Part shown: positions 9,892-19,141 of the stretch, piece by piece
How the letters are laid out: every line of letters begins with the position of its first letter
Numbering within the stretch: the stretch's first letter is position 1
Virus record (IMG/VR): IMGVR_UViG_3300032214_001486
Span: 1 to 64,000 of that record
Direction: 5' to 3' (one strand)
Length of the DNA: 64,000 bases
From: a virus
The notes under the pieces: model-generated
What the model was told of the DNA's origin: nothing
What the model saw: the letters and a program-made list of their open reading frames with translations, nothing else
Databases searched by the model: none
Position numbers and translations under genes: made by a program

Positions 9892-10836
9892 ATGGCTACC
9901 GTATCCAACGCGCAGGACGACGCGAAGCTATTGTTCACGGGGCCCTCGCCCTTTGGTGGGCACCGTTACGATCTATTCGACCTGTGCCCCCGGCGATATG
10001 GGTTGACCTACGAAAAGAACCCGCTCCCCATTGTCGGGGAGGACGGCCAATTGGTGTCCTACACGCCGAGCGCCGTCCAAGACGATAGCGACGACGCCGA
10101 CGAGCCCCAGGAAATTGCATGGGCGCTTATCCGCGGCACCTACGTTCACACCGGCTTAGCCCATCATTACGCCATTCGCCGCGGGCAGCAGCAGGGTAAA
10201 CCCGCGAATATCTACCAGCCCGTTGAAGCGGTGCGGGCTCTGCATAGCTACGACTGCGACGCCGACCCTCACAACGCAGACATTTACACGGAAGCCTTGA
10301 AAGTAACAGAGAAGGTCGTCACCGCCTACATGGCAAAATATGCCTTTGAGCGGGCGAAGGTCATTGTAGTCGAGGAAGTATTCACTCTGCGCTTAGGGGA
10401 GAGCCAAGCCCCCTACACGTTCCGGCTGGACCTTGCGCTACAGGACAACGAAGGCAAGGTCTGGATGACCGACCACAAAACGACTTCTCGCCGATTGCGC
10501 GATCACGGCAAAATCTACGGTATCTCTACTCAATTCCAAGCCTACGCGGTCGGTGGGCAAGCTGTTTACGGGCATAATTATGGCGGGATTGTCGTGAATA
10601 TGCTGGAGATCCCCGAGGACAATAGCCCGATCAAATTCGACCGGCCTAAAACCCCTGGTGTTCCTGGCTTCCTGGCAGAATTTCCCGAGCGTATCGAGCG
10701 CATCTTCAAGTCCATGACAGCCTTAGTCTATTCCGGCTTGCCCGTGCAGCGATGGCCCCGGCGGACGGGGTACGGTTCTTGTTTTGCCTTCCGGCGCCCT
10801 TGTCCGTTCTATGAAACCTGCCGACACCAACCTTGA
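9892..10836 (+). CDS. PD-(D/E)XK exonuclease (Cas4/AddB-like, Fe-S cysteines)
   Basis: N-terminal CPRRY, RLDL...TDHKT, QFQAY, C-terminal C..CPFYETC. Confidence 0.85.
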   Translation: MATVSNAQDDAKLLFTGPSPFGGHRYDLFDLCPRRYGLTYEKNPLPIVGEDGQLVSYTPSAVQDDSDDADEPQEIAWALIRGTYVHTGLAHHYAIRRGQQQGKPANIYQPVEAVRALHSYDCDADPHNADIYTEALKVTEKVVTAYMAKYAFERAKVIVVEEVFTLRLGESQAPYTFRLDLALQDNEGKVWMTDHKTTSRRLRDHGKIYGISTQFQAYAVGGQAVYGHNYGGIVVNMLEIPEDNSPIKFDRPKTPGVPGFLAEFPERIERIFKSMTALVYSGLPVQRWPRRTGYGSCFAFRRPCPFYETCRHQP

Positions 10837-10973
10837 CACTGACGGGCAGCCTCTTTTCAGAAAAGTTTGACTATCGAGCCCTTCTCCCCTTGACGACTGG
10901 CAAGTAAGGGGATAGAACGTCGGGGCGGGAGCGAAAGCCCCGGCCCCTTGAAACCCGAATAAGCATGGCGGCT

Positions 10974-11056
10974 GCCCGGATGGTGGAAAGGTAGACACAG
11001 GGGCCTTAAAAGCCCCTTCCCGTCAGGGAGTGCGGGTTCGATGCCCGCTCCGGGCA
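10974..11056 (+). tRNA. tRNA-Leu(TAA)
   Basis: Cloverleaf, GGGGC-CTTAAAA-GCCCC, long variable arm, GGTTCGA. Confidence 0.92.
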
Positions 11057-11099
11057 CTTTTCAGCAATAACGACCCAAAACACAAGCCCACAAGCCTAC

Positions 11100-11392
11100 A
11101 AGCCTTGGTCCCGTGCGGGGTACGGTCCCAAGGTCCACCCATACACAAAAAGAAGAACACAAAACACAATGCGTTTATCGGTCGAGGCCGCCCAATAGGG
11201 CGGGTTACTTCCCCCTGCCGCCTCGCCACGAAGGCACAAGCGGACCTGATCAACCCGCGTGGAAGGACATAATGCTGCTGGATCGAGCAGCCCCCTTACG
11301 GTAACCGGCGACCGATAGAGCCGGCGGTAATCGGCACCCGAAGCGCCGAAAAAGGATTGGCCCACCTTGGCCTTACAGGTCAAACGGGCTAT
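11100..11392 (+). ncRNA. Candidate structured ncRNA A (unassigned)
   Basis: No convincing ORF; several hairpins; ends in the CCCACC-hairpin-AACGGG module. Confidence 0.5.
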
Positions 11393-11395
11393 TGT

Positions 11396-11467
11396 GGCCG
11401 CATAGCTCAGCGGGAGAGCGGCGCCCTTACAAGGCGCGGGTCGGGGGTTCGATCCCCTCTGCGGCTA
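11396..11467 (+). tRNA. tRNA-Val(TAC)
   Basis: GCGCC-CTTACAA-GGCGC with a complete cloverleaf. Confidence 0.93.
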
Positions 11468-11508
11468 CTTCCTACGCTTCCTTCGCTTCCTTCGCTTCCT
11501 ACGCTTCT
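11468..11508. repeat. 9-bp tandem repeat CTTCCT(A/T)CG x4
   Basis: Seen directly after tRNA-Val. Confidence 0.8.
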
Positions 11509-11509
11509 C

Positions 11510-11705
11510 TCCGGGTGTACGCACCCGCCCCCGGTAGCTGGATCTCGGTGCTTCACCGAATAACTTGGCGTTTCGCCAGTTAATGCCCAACCGCGTCGAG
11601 CCACAAAGCCTTGCGGCTCCCGCGCTGCGCGCTCCCCGCGGTTTCCTGCGGAATATAGCAGCTTCCGATGTAGAGAACCGACCCCCGGCGGATTACCGGG
11701 GGGAT
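11510..11705 (+). ncRNA. Candidate structured ncRNA B (unassigned)
   Basis: Serial hairpins CGGGTG/CACCCG, TCGGTG/CACCGA, TGGCG/CGCCA, CCCCCGG/CCGGGGG; no ORF. Confidence 0.45.
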
Positions 11706-11707
11706 AT

Positions 11708-11783
11708 TCCCTGGTAGCTCAGTTGGTAGAGCAAGCGGCTGTTAACCGCTGTGTCGCAGGTTCGATCCCTGCCCAGGGAGCCA
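11708..11783 (+). tRNA. tRNA-Asn(GTT)
   Basis: AGCGG-CTGTTAA-CCGCT; encoded CCA. Confidence 0.95.
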
Positions 11784-11792
11784 TTTTGTATT

Positions 11793-11865
11793 GTCCCCGT
11801 AGCTCAGTGGATAGAGCAACCGCTTCCTAAGCGGTGGGTCGCAAGTTCGATCCTTGCCGGGGATA
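11793..11865 (+). tRNA. tRNA-Arg(CCT)
   Basis: ACCGC-TTCCTAA-GCGGT. Confidence 0.93.
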
Positions 11866-11904
11866 CCCCAGGCTCTTAATTACTCTAACTCCGAGCACCT
11901 AACA

Positions 11905-12872
11905 ATGCTGACAGCCAAACAGATCGCAAACATCGGGGCGCAGACCCAAAAAGAGTTGGAAGCAGAAATCCAGCGATGCCTGGAGTACCTGCCCAAAAGC
12001 AAGACGAAGGCATACTGGGAAAAGAGCATGGACGACCGTCTGCTCAAAGCCTTAGACGAGGCGGGCGGGCGGCCTGGAGACCTGTTAGAGAATTTCTTAG
12101 TCGTGTCGGGCCGCGAAGTCGGTTTTGGTATGCTCTTTGAGGATCTGAGGGAGCTTGGGCTGGTGCATTTAGGCCGACCCGGCGTTGACCCGCCCTCCGT
12201 TTCTGATCGGTCTTATTGGATCGCTCACCGTGTGTTCCTCAAATGGCTGGAGGGATACAAACAAGAGTCGGGCCTAAACATCACCGTGACCACAAGGCGG
12301 ACAGATAACTTTCACCCGCTCCTTGAAACGAGCGTTGTGACGATTAAGCTGTACCCAATCTGAGGTAGATATGAGCCTTCGCATGACAGTCAAAGAGGGG
12401 GAAACCCCGAAACAGGCGATGCTCCGCTACGCTGCCGAGTACGGCGGCTTAGAAGATGAAGTCGAATGGGAATACCAAGAGAGCCTAAAGCAAGGGCTGA
12501 GCGAGCAAGCCGCAGCCTGGGCCGCCTTGTATGAGTGGGATCTGCTGGACTACGTTGACGAAGCGCCGGAAGCCGCGGAAGTCCCCGCTGTTTCCGTTGA
12601 ACCCCAGGCTGGATAGGGAGGCACCCATGCCGCACGACCCAAACGACCCGAGGCACCGCACCGGGTTCGACAGCTACCCCGAGGATTATGACTCGGCGGG
12701 CAATCTGACCAAGGAAGGCCGCGAGGCGCGCCGGTACTCTGGTGGCGGCAGCGGCGGGCTCCCGAGGAGCATCCACGACACCTACACGGGGCACATCGGG
12801 GGCGACCTTGGCGGGCGTGGTCCGGCCAGTCACTACCACCCGGACGGCACCAAGAAGTCCGGCCTGGACTAA
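11905..12872 (+). CDS. Three small hypothetical genes (11905-12363, 12371-12616, 12627-12872)
   Basis: Tandem ORFs; GAGG/GGAGG RBS before the 2nd and 3rd. Confidence 0.6.
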
Positions 12873-12962
12873 GCCCCGGCCGTACCGGGCCCCGGCCCAA
12901 GATATTGTGATCTTCCCGAGGCACAAAACCCGGCTGCGCCTATTCTGGTAAAGCCGAGCTAA

Positions 12963-13040
12963 GGGAGGTGGTGGAGGGCGGCGGCGCCAAACCGTTGCCC
13001 CTGGTCTGGTGCTGCGGACCTAAAACTACAGCACACCCCC
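12963..13040 (+). ncRNA. Candidate small two-hairpin RNA C
   Basis: GGGCGGCGG/CCGTTGCCC and GTGCTG/CAGCAC hairpins closed by GGGAGGTG/CACCCCC. Confidence 0.45.
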
Positions 13041-13043
13041 TTT

Positions 13044-13467
13044 GGGCGCGAAACGGCTTCGACAGGGCGGTGGAAAGGGAGATAGCGTCGTAGGCGTGGT
13101 CCCGGCCTTATACGGTACGCAGAGCAAACTGCCAACAACAACAACCACTTCGGTAACGCTGTCCCCGTCCTCGTGGCGGTCGCGGCGTGATTGAAGTCCG
13201 GGGACCATGTGAGCCCCGGTGCCAGCCCAAGAAGCTAACCCGCTCTTTGTCTGGTGTGCGCGCAGGGTTCTGATGGGGGAAGGGGAACACCACGCAGCCC
13301 CTACACCCCGCTAATCAGCCCGGATATTAGCTCGCCGGGGGGCAAAAGAGTGTGCGACACCCCGGAAAGACGGGGGACACCCGGCCCGCTGGGTTAAGTA
13401 CGGGCAGACGACGTAACTGTTAAACTGAAAGCTGTTCTGGACGCGGGTTCGACTCCCGCCGCGTCCA
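13044..13467 (+). ncRNA. ssrA: tmRNA; tag ANNNNHFGNAVPVLVAVAA at 13131-13190
   Basis: 5' GGGCGCG-AAACGGCTTCGAC; 3' T-arm GCGGGTTCGACTCCCGC; acceptor stem with G3:U; tag frame ending AA-stop. Confidence 0.93.
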
Positions 13468-13472
13468 CTCTT

Positions 13473-13710
13473 TGCGGGAACCCAAACCCGCGTTTAACCC
13501 AAGGTTCTGCTTGCGACCCGGCCGAAATTCGCCCGGAATGTCGCAGGACCGCCGGCTCTAAGCCGAAAAAGGAGCCCTGGGCTGTAGTCTACAGGTGCCG
13601 TCTGACGACGCGGGCTAATGGGAGCCCGCCGAGGACGGAAGCCCGCCGGTAGGCGAAAGGTCAGCCGAAAGGCTGCATGACCCGCGCCGTGGATATGCTG
13701 CACGGCACCT
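13473..13710 (+). ncRNA. Candidate structured ncRNA D (unassigned)
   Basis: Long-range AGGTGCCGT/ACGGCACCT helix enclosing several hairpins; upstream GGTTCTG..TGCGAC/GTCGCA..GGACC rod. Confidence 0.55.
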
Positions 13711-13713
13711 TTT

Positions 13714-13785
13714 GCCCTCGTCGTCTAACGGTCAGGATACCGGATTTTCATTCCGAGGACGCGGGTTCGACTCCCGCCGAGGGTA
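13714..13785 (+). tRNA. tRNA-Glu(TTC)
   Basis: CGGA-TTTTCAT-TCCG; Glu-type D arm GTCTAACGGTCAGGAT. Confidence 0.9.
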
Positions 13786-13794
13786 CTCACTACC

Positions 13795-14031
13795 ATGCCT
13801 AAGAAATATCCTAAAAACGCGCTGGCGAACGTATCTCTTTGGGCCCGGTTGGTGCGGGTCAACCCCGACCGGGGTTACGGTGACGGTCTTTTCGAGGTCA
13901 TGGCTGCGACTGACCGTGAATACACTCTCCGTCCCTACAAACGCCCAGGCCCGGACATTCAGATTTTCAAGGCACACACGACGCGAGCCCCGATTGAGGA
14001 AACCCGCGCTTACTTGGAGAAAGGAAGATGA
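13795..14031 (+). CDS. Small hypothetical protein
   Basis: 78-aa ORF between RNA genes. Confidence 0.5.
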   Translation: MPKKYPKNALANVSLWARLVRVNPDRGYGDGLFEVMAATDREYTLRPYKRPGPDIQIFKAHTTRAPIEETRAYLEKGR

Positions 14032-14039
14032 CTCCGCTG

Positions 14040-14236
14040 AACGCCGCTGAGCGTTGATGTTTCCCGGCCCGCGCGGCTCCGTATGCCGGCCGTCCCCTGA
14101 GACGCTAAATGAAGGCGGCGCCCCTCGCCGACACGACTACGCTGGCCTTTTGCGGGTTTGTATACCCAAAAAAGAGGCGGACTGGTCCGTTGGAAGGCTT
14201 AGCCCACCTTGGCCTTGGAAAAGCTGAACGGGCTCT
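14040..14236 (+). ncRNA. Candidate structured ncRNA E (unassigned)
   Basis: CGCCGC/GCGGCG rod; ends in the CCCACC-hairpin-AACGGG module. Confidence 0.5.
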
Positions 14237-14242
14237 TTGTAC

Positions 14243-14316
14243 GCTGGAATAGCTCAGTTTGGTAGAGCAGCGGTTTTGTAAACCGCCGGTCGTCGGTTCG
14301 AGTCCGACTTTCAGCT
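14243..14316 (+). tRNA. tRNA-Thr(TGT)
   Basis: GCGGT-TTTGTAA-ACCGC. Confidence 0.94.
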
Positions 14317-14329
14317 CTGTATCTCTGTA

Positions 14330-14597
14330 TCCCGGCTCGCAGGCCCGTTGTCTGCGCCTATGGGGGATGGCCCCCTGCTGGTCGCGTGCGGTAATCGCGG
14401 ATCGTCGCCTTAGCGAAAGTAATGGCTGGGTACTGCTGCCTGTTCCAGCGGAGGTCGGCCTTATTGACCTGCTTTGGCCCCCCAGAGGGTGACCAAAAGA
14501 ATAAGGATTAGGTGGGTCACCCAGGGCCCATAAGTGTTTCGACGCACGGGGGTCGGCTTCGCCCACCGAGCGGGAGGGATACCCGCGAACGGGCCCC
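14330..14597 (+). ncRNA. Candidate structured ncRNA F (unassigned)
   Basis: GGCCCGTT(14342)/AACGGGCC(14588), GGGTGACC/GGTCACCC helices; ends in the CCCACC module. Confidence 0.5.
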
Positions 14598-14602
14598 ATT
14601 TT

Positions 14603-14684
<82 letters not shown>

Positions 14685-14714
14685 CTAACACCAAAAACAG
14701 CAAGGTATTACACA

Positions 14715-15248
14715 ATGCTGCCCCCTAACTTGAAGATCAATAGCTCCAACGTCGCCAAGGTCGCGGAGCTACGGTCATTCTTAGGTGCCGACCTGCCCGC
14801 GACGAATACCGACCTGCGGGAACCCCAAGCCGATCTGCTGACCGTCGCGGTCAGCAAGGCCACACAAGCCGGTCCCGGCGTGTTGGTCGATGACGTGGCC
14901 CTCGACGTGAAGGACGCTGACCTGGGCGTACATATCAAGTGGCGCCTGTCCCTGCTGGCCCAATTGGTAGGCAGGAAGGCGATTTTCCGCGTCGCCCTGG
15001 CATACCAGAGCGAAAGGGGCCCGATCTACGTCTACCGGGGCTCTGTTCTCGGTCTTATTGGGCCGCCTCAGCCGGATGGCGGTTTTGGCTTCGATGCTTC
15101 GTTTATCCCGCTGGGTGCAACCGTACCCCTCTCTGTGGATAAGCCCCCGCACTGGAACCCACGAGCAATCGCCTGTCAAAATCTGCTCGACAACCGCCCC
15201 GTGGGTATCTTCCCTGCCCTGTCGTGGTCGGGCCCCTGGCAAAGCTGA
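14715..15248 (+). CDS. HAM1/ITPase-family non-canonical purine NTP pyrophosphatase
   Basis: SSNxxK, E-x-Q, VDD, GVHIKW, GFGFDASFIP; the usual SHR motif reads NPR. Confidence 0.8.
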   Translation: MLPPNLKINSSNVAKVAELRSFLGADLPATNTDLREPQADLLTVAVSKATQAGPGVLVDDVALDVKDADLGVHIKWRLSLLAQLVGRKAIFRVALAYQSERGPIYVYRGSVLGLIGPPQPDGGFGFDASFIPLGATVPLSVDKPPHWNPRAIACQNLLDNRPVGIFPALSWSGPWQS

Positions 15249-15285
15249 CGCCACCACCAACGCCATAGCCGACCTTGGAGAATAC

Positions 15286-16077
15286 ATGCACCCGTTGGAA
15301 CGAATTGGGGTAAATGTCCACATTAAGCCCTGGATGGATGCGGAGGCAGAGCGAGCCTGCCGGGACTTTTGGGGACAACGGGACTACGTTGGTGTGCGTT
15401 TTGAGCCCCCCTTGACGCCCGAGGAATTGCGAGATTTCCCGGTTTCGGGGTTTCCTGGGCGGCCTTATGTGTACTCCCACGCCAGCCCTCCGGCTTGGCG
15501 GTGGGACTGCACGGGCCCAAAGCATCGGCTCTCTGACGAAATCCAAGATCCGGCGCAATACGCCGACGTGTACTACCACAACCTAAGCTCCGCCCTGACC
15601 CTGGGGTTAAACAGCTTTGCGCTTAGCTCTGAGGGCGGGGCCCTGTTTGACTGGACCGGGGTTCAAGCCGCCGTGCAGGAGATTTTGACGATCTTGGGGC
15701 GCAGGGCGGTAGAGTTGTATATCTACGCCTCCGCGGGTTTTGCCGCCGAGAACGTCGATGCTGAGGGCAAGCCTGTTATGGAACCCAAGACGCATAGGGT
15801 GCTTTGCAGGGGGTACTCTGCCCCAAATTGCGAAACGGTGACCATCATGGAAACAGCCAACAGCCCAAAATCCAGCGACGACCCCGACAACGTGCTCGTG
15901 TTTGAGCTTCACTTCTGGGAACAGTGGAAGGCCGGGGGCGAAGATATGATGGAAGGCTTAGGGACATACCCGAAGCGGGCCTCAGCCTTCTTTCTCGGTT
16001 CCTTCACCGACACCGAGCAGGTACGGGGGCCATTGGAGGGTGGAACCCTTTTGCCCTTCCCGCCCGCGGCTGAATAA
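15286..16077 (+). CDS. Hypothetical protein
   Basis: GGAG RBS before ATG 15286. Confidence 0.65.
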   Translation: MHPLERIGVNVHIKPWMDAEAERACRDFWGQRDYVGVRFEPPLTPEELRDFPVSGFPGRPYVYSHASPPAWRWDCTGPKHRLSDEIQDPAQYADVYYHNLSSALTLGLNSFALSSEGGALFDWTGVQAAVQEILTILGRRAVELYIYASAGFAAENVDAEGKPVMEPKTHRVLCRGYSAPNCETVTIMETANSPKSSDDPDNVLVFELHFWEQWKAGGEDMMEGLGTYPKRASAFFLGSFTDTEQVRGPLEGGTLLPFPPAAE

Positions 16078-16085
16078 CGAATTAC

Positions 16086-16158
16086 GGGGCGGTAGCTCAG
16101 CGGTCAGAGCACCCGGCTCATAACCGGAGTGTCGTGGGTTCAATCCCCACCCGCCCTA
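16086..16158 (+). tRNA. tRNA with CAT anticodon (elongator Met or Ile2)
   Basis: CCGG-CTCATAA-CCGG; lacks initiator features. Confidence 0.9.
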
Positions 16159-16169
16159 CTCTCCTTTTG

Positions 16170-16370
16170 CGGGGCAAGTGAACGGGGTAGACTCCAAGGA
16201 TTTATTGAATTCTTGCGACGGCTCTGGCCCGTCGAAACGGCTGCGTGTCTCTGTTCACAGTTGACGCAATCTGCGCGCAGCACGGTCAATACGGCATGTT
16301 CCGTCACCTTTTAGTCGTCAGGGATTAGACAGAAAGGGTCAATCCCCAAAAGGGACGCCTTCACCCCCCA
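16170..16370 (+). ncRNA. Candidate structured ncRNA G (unassigned)
   Basis: GTGAACGGGG/CTCTGTTCAC closing stem around CAAGGATTT/GAATTCTTG and CGACGG/CCGTCG hairpins. Confidence 0.5.
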
Positions 16371-16385
16371 GCCAAAGAGGCAAAC

Positions 16386-16679
16386 ATGAGCAAGGAAAGC
16401 CGTCAAAAGAAGGAAGTACGCCGCGCCAAGAAGGCCCTGCGCCACGCGGTCAAGCGGAAGCGCAGCGAGTATATCCAGGCCCGGATCAAGCTGCACCTCG
16501 ATTGTGTGGCCGTCGGCAAGCCGCCGCCGGGTTCCTCGGAGCGGACGGCGAACCGCCGCTTGTCGCAAGAGCAGCAGCATCGGGCCGCGGCGATCAAGGT
16601 CGCGGCGGCACCCGCCGTCGCCGGCCCCAGCCCCGGCGGGGTCAAGATCGACCTGACGCAAGCGCAGTCGGCCCGATAG
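16386..16679 (+). CDS. Small basic hypothetical protein
   Basis: GAGG RBS; K/R-rich. Confidence 0.6.
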   Translation: MSKESRQKKEVRRAKKALRHAVKRKRSEYIQARIKLHLDCVAVGKPPPGSSERTANRRLSQEQQHRAAAIKVAAAPAVAGPSPGGVKIDLTQAQSAR

Positions 16680-16745
16680 GCCCGGACAGTAGCTCAGCGG
16701 CAGGCGGGGTACAGCCCTCCCCGAGAACAAAAGGGCTTTCCCTTT

Positions 16746-16818
<73 letters not shown>

Positions 16819-16821
<3 letters not shown>

Positions 16822-16869
16822 CTCCGCACCGCCGTTTCGCACCACTCCGCACCGCCATTTCGCACCACT
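16819..16869. repeat. 23-bp tandem duplication
   Basis: CCACTCCGCACCGCC(G/A)TTTCGCA x2 plus CCACT. Confidence 0.8.
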
Positions 16870-16880
16870 AAGGGGAGTCC

Positions 16881-17273
16881 ATGAGCCACGTTTTTGACGT
16901 GATGCTGGAAGGTATGTACGCTTACCCGGAAGAAACCTTCCGCTATTGGTCGAACACCAACCCGGACGAAATTTACAGGGTTTTGCAGGCCAACGGCTAT
17001 TGGCAAAAGTTCTACGAAGATGCCCTTCAGGTTATGCCGCGTGAGCGGGATTGGTTCTACGCGCTCAAAGACCGCAATCCTTGGTTCGACACAGACAAGG
17101 CCAAAGAATTGATCCGCTCCAAGGATGACTTGTACGTTGAGCGAGACTATATCGAATTCACCTTTCAGGTAGCCAAGGCGTTCATTCCGGGCTTATTGTG
17201 GCTGGACCTTCCGGTAGACACCGTGCCTGTTCTGAATTTCCACGCAAGCCAGCGGCTTACTGACGCTGTTTGA
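16881..17273 (+). CDS. Hypothetical protein
   Basis: GGGGAG RBS. Confidence 0.7.
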   Translation: MSHVFDVMLEGMYAYPEETFRYWSNTNPDEIYRVLQANGYWQKFYEDALQVMPRERDWFYALKDRNPWFDTDKAKELIRSKDDLYVERDYIEFTFQVAKAFIPGLLWLDLPVDTVPVLNFHASQRLTDAV

Positions 17274-17490
17274 CCCCGTACCCGGAGGCCCTATGGGCAG
17301 TTTTAGCTGGCGCCGCGGACACTGAGGTTGTTCTCTCCCCCTCTTGATCTCGGCCGCGCAAGCTACGCGGACGTACTCTCTTGACGGCTAACTGCGTAGG
17401 TCGGCGCCGACCCGCACAGACTCCGCATATTCAGGCCGCACCGTAGGGCGGCAGGCTTTGTCCCCACCTGAGAGCAACGGGGGCTTTTTC
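17274..17490 (+). ncRNA. Candidate structured ncRNA H (unassigned)
   Basis: GCAGTT..AGCTG/CGGCTAACTGC stem; CU-rich loop; ends in the CCCACC module plus a T run. Confidence 0.5.
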
Positions 17491-17587
17491 CGTTTTTGGG
17501 GGCGCCCCCGCGATTGACCGCTATCTACACGCGCGCCTGTCCGCGATGGGGGCCAACTGGCCTTTTTGACTTTTTCGTGCCGACCAC

Positions 17588-17616
17588 TTGACAAGCGGCA
17601 ACCCCCAGGTTATCCT
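17588..17616 (+). promoter_or_regulatory. Sigma70-like promoter
   Basis: TTGACA-17 bp (AG CGGCAA...)-TATCCT. Confidence 0.75.
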
Positions 17617-17690
17617 GTCGGGGTAGCCCGCGTTTGCCCCCTGTGCTCTCTCTGTTCACTCCGTCAACGCTCGGCAAACGCGGACTATAT

Positions 17691-17766
17691 TGGGGTGTAG
17701 TGCAATTGGCAGCACATCGGACTTTGACTCCGAATGTTCCAGGTTCGAGTCCTGGCACCCCAACCA
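17691..17766 (+). tRNA. tRNA-Gln(TTG)
   Basis: TCGGA-CTTTGAC-TCCGA; encoded CCA. Confidence 0.95.
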
Positions 17767-17813
17767 TTTCTACCTTGTCGGTACTGCGTGCTGATTGACG
17801 GGAGAGCCAGATA

Positions 17814-18188
17814 ATGTCTTGTTCCCTCTGTAAGCGCCGCGGACACAACAAGGCGACGTGCGCGCGTAACACAGAAAAAATCGCAAGCGATGAAAACAAG
17901 CACAAGGAAATACGGTCGGCGCTGGGCACTAAGCCGGACACCGAGATTGCGCGAGACTTTGGCGTTTCCCGACAATGGGTGTTCAGGTTGCGTCAACGGT
18001 GGAAGATCCCGTTATCGTTTGACGCAAGCAACCCGGAGCGGTATCATCCGGGGATTATGGCGCGGCTGGGCGTCGATCCAGATGCCGAGGTTGCGCGAGA
18101 CTATGGCATTTCTCCGCAACGGATAGCTCACCTGCGTCAAGAGCGGAAAATCCCGGCGCCCCCGAAAAAGCAAAAGAGCGAAACCTAA
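17814..18188 (+). CDS. CCHC zinc knuckle plus two HTH repeats
   Basis: CSLCKRRGHNKATC; LGxxPDxExARDxGxS repeats. Confidence 0.75.
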   Translation: MSCSLCKRRGHNKATCARNTEKIASDENKHKEIRSALGTKPDTEIARDFGVSRQWVFRLRQRWKIPLSFDASNPERYHPGIMARLGVDPDAEVARDYGISPQRIAHLRQERKIPAPPKKQKSET

Positions 18189-18244
18189 GCGCAATAGCAT
18201 AGCAGCAATAGCAGCACCAAATAGCAGACCCCATAGGTGAGAAG

Positions 18245-19141
18245 ATGCAAGCCCCAAAAGAGCGGATCAATCTGTGTTCCTCCTGCGGAGCGCGGGACCA
18301 CAATGCGTGGACCTGCACGCAGCGCGCGTCAAAGTACGCGCAGGCTCTCCCCCTGCTGGCTTCGCACACCAATCAAGAAATTGCGGAAAAGCTGGGCGTG
18401 TCGTTGTCTAACGTCCCTTGGTGGCGGAAGAAGGCGGGTATTCCGCGCCCGCAGCCGCCCCAGCCGCCCCAGCCGCGGCAAACGGCCTGCTCTGCCTGCG
18501 ACCAGCGGGGGCACAATTCGCGGACTTGCCCACAAGGCCCGACGAGATACGCGCAGGCTTTCCCCCTGTTCGCTTCGCACACCAATCAGGAAATTGTGGA
18601 TAAGCTGGGTATCCCGCTCTCCACCGTCGAGTATTGGCGTGGGAAGGCGGGTATTCCCCAACCGTTGCCCGTTAAGCCCCCGCCGCAGCTTACGGACTTG
18701 GAGAGTAAATACCCCGGCCTCGCGGCAAGGCTGGGCACGGAAGCCGACTCGGACCTGGGCCGCGCTTACGGGCTCAGCCGGCAGCGGATACAACAGCTTC
18801 GCCTACAGCGGGCTATCCCGTCTGTGGTCGTCCCGATCACCCCGGAGATCATCGCCCTGCTGGGCACCATCCCCGACACTGAGATCCACGAACGCTACCC
18901 GCAAATTTCCGTCTATCGGCTGCATCGTGCTCGGCAGGCCCGCAATATCCCCACGGCTGTCCTGCCTTATGAGCAAGCCGTCAAGGAGCGGCTGGAGAAC
19001 GCAAAGGATCAACTCGGGGTCGTTCCTGACAAGCGGATTGCGAAAGCCTTGAAGGTTCACGTCGAGACTGTGGCCCGCTACCGGAAAAAGCTCAATATCG
19101 CCCCCGTGCGGCGCGGAGGCAGGGCCCGTGCCCAAGCCTAA
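18245..19141 (+). CDS. Protein with two CCHC knuckles and multiple HTH repeats
   Basis: Duplicated CxxC...HN...C plus ASHTNQEI..KLG module; three LGxxxD repeats. Confidence 0.75.
   Translation: MQAPKERINLCSSCGARDHNAWTCTQRASKYAQALPLLASHTNQEIAEKLGVSLSNVPWWRKKAGIPRPQPPQPPQPRQTACSACDQRGHNSRTCPQGPTRYAQAFPLFASHTNQEIVDKLGIPLSTVEYWRGKAGIPQPLPVKPPPQLTDLESKYPGLAARLGTEADSDLGRAYGLSRQRIQQLRLQRAIPSVVVPITPEIIALLGTIPDTEIHERYPQISVYRLHRARQARNIPTAVLPYEQAVKERLENAKDQLGVVPDKRIAKALKVHVETVARYRKKLNIAPVRRGGRARAQA

Noticed and set aside
9892-10836. CRISPR-Cas locus
   Set aside because: Stand-alone Cas4-like nuclease typical of phages; no other cas genes and no regularly spaced repeat array in the window.
13593-13710. 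Hammerhead ribozyme (CTGACGA ... GAAA inside a closing helix)
   Set aside because: No UH cleavage site follows the putative stem III, and extra sequence separates it from stem I.
14040-14236. 6S RNA (GTCCCCTGAG and CACCTTG resemble E. coli ssrS words)
   Set aside because: I could not build the long rod with a central bubble by hand; left unassigned pending an Infernal search.
16683-16740. Additional tRNA (GTAGCTCAGCGG)
   Set aside because: Only a D-arm-like start; no T arm or acceptor pairing.
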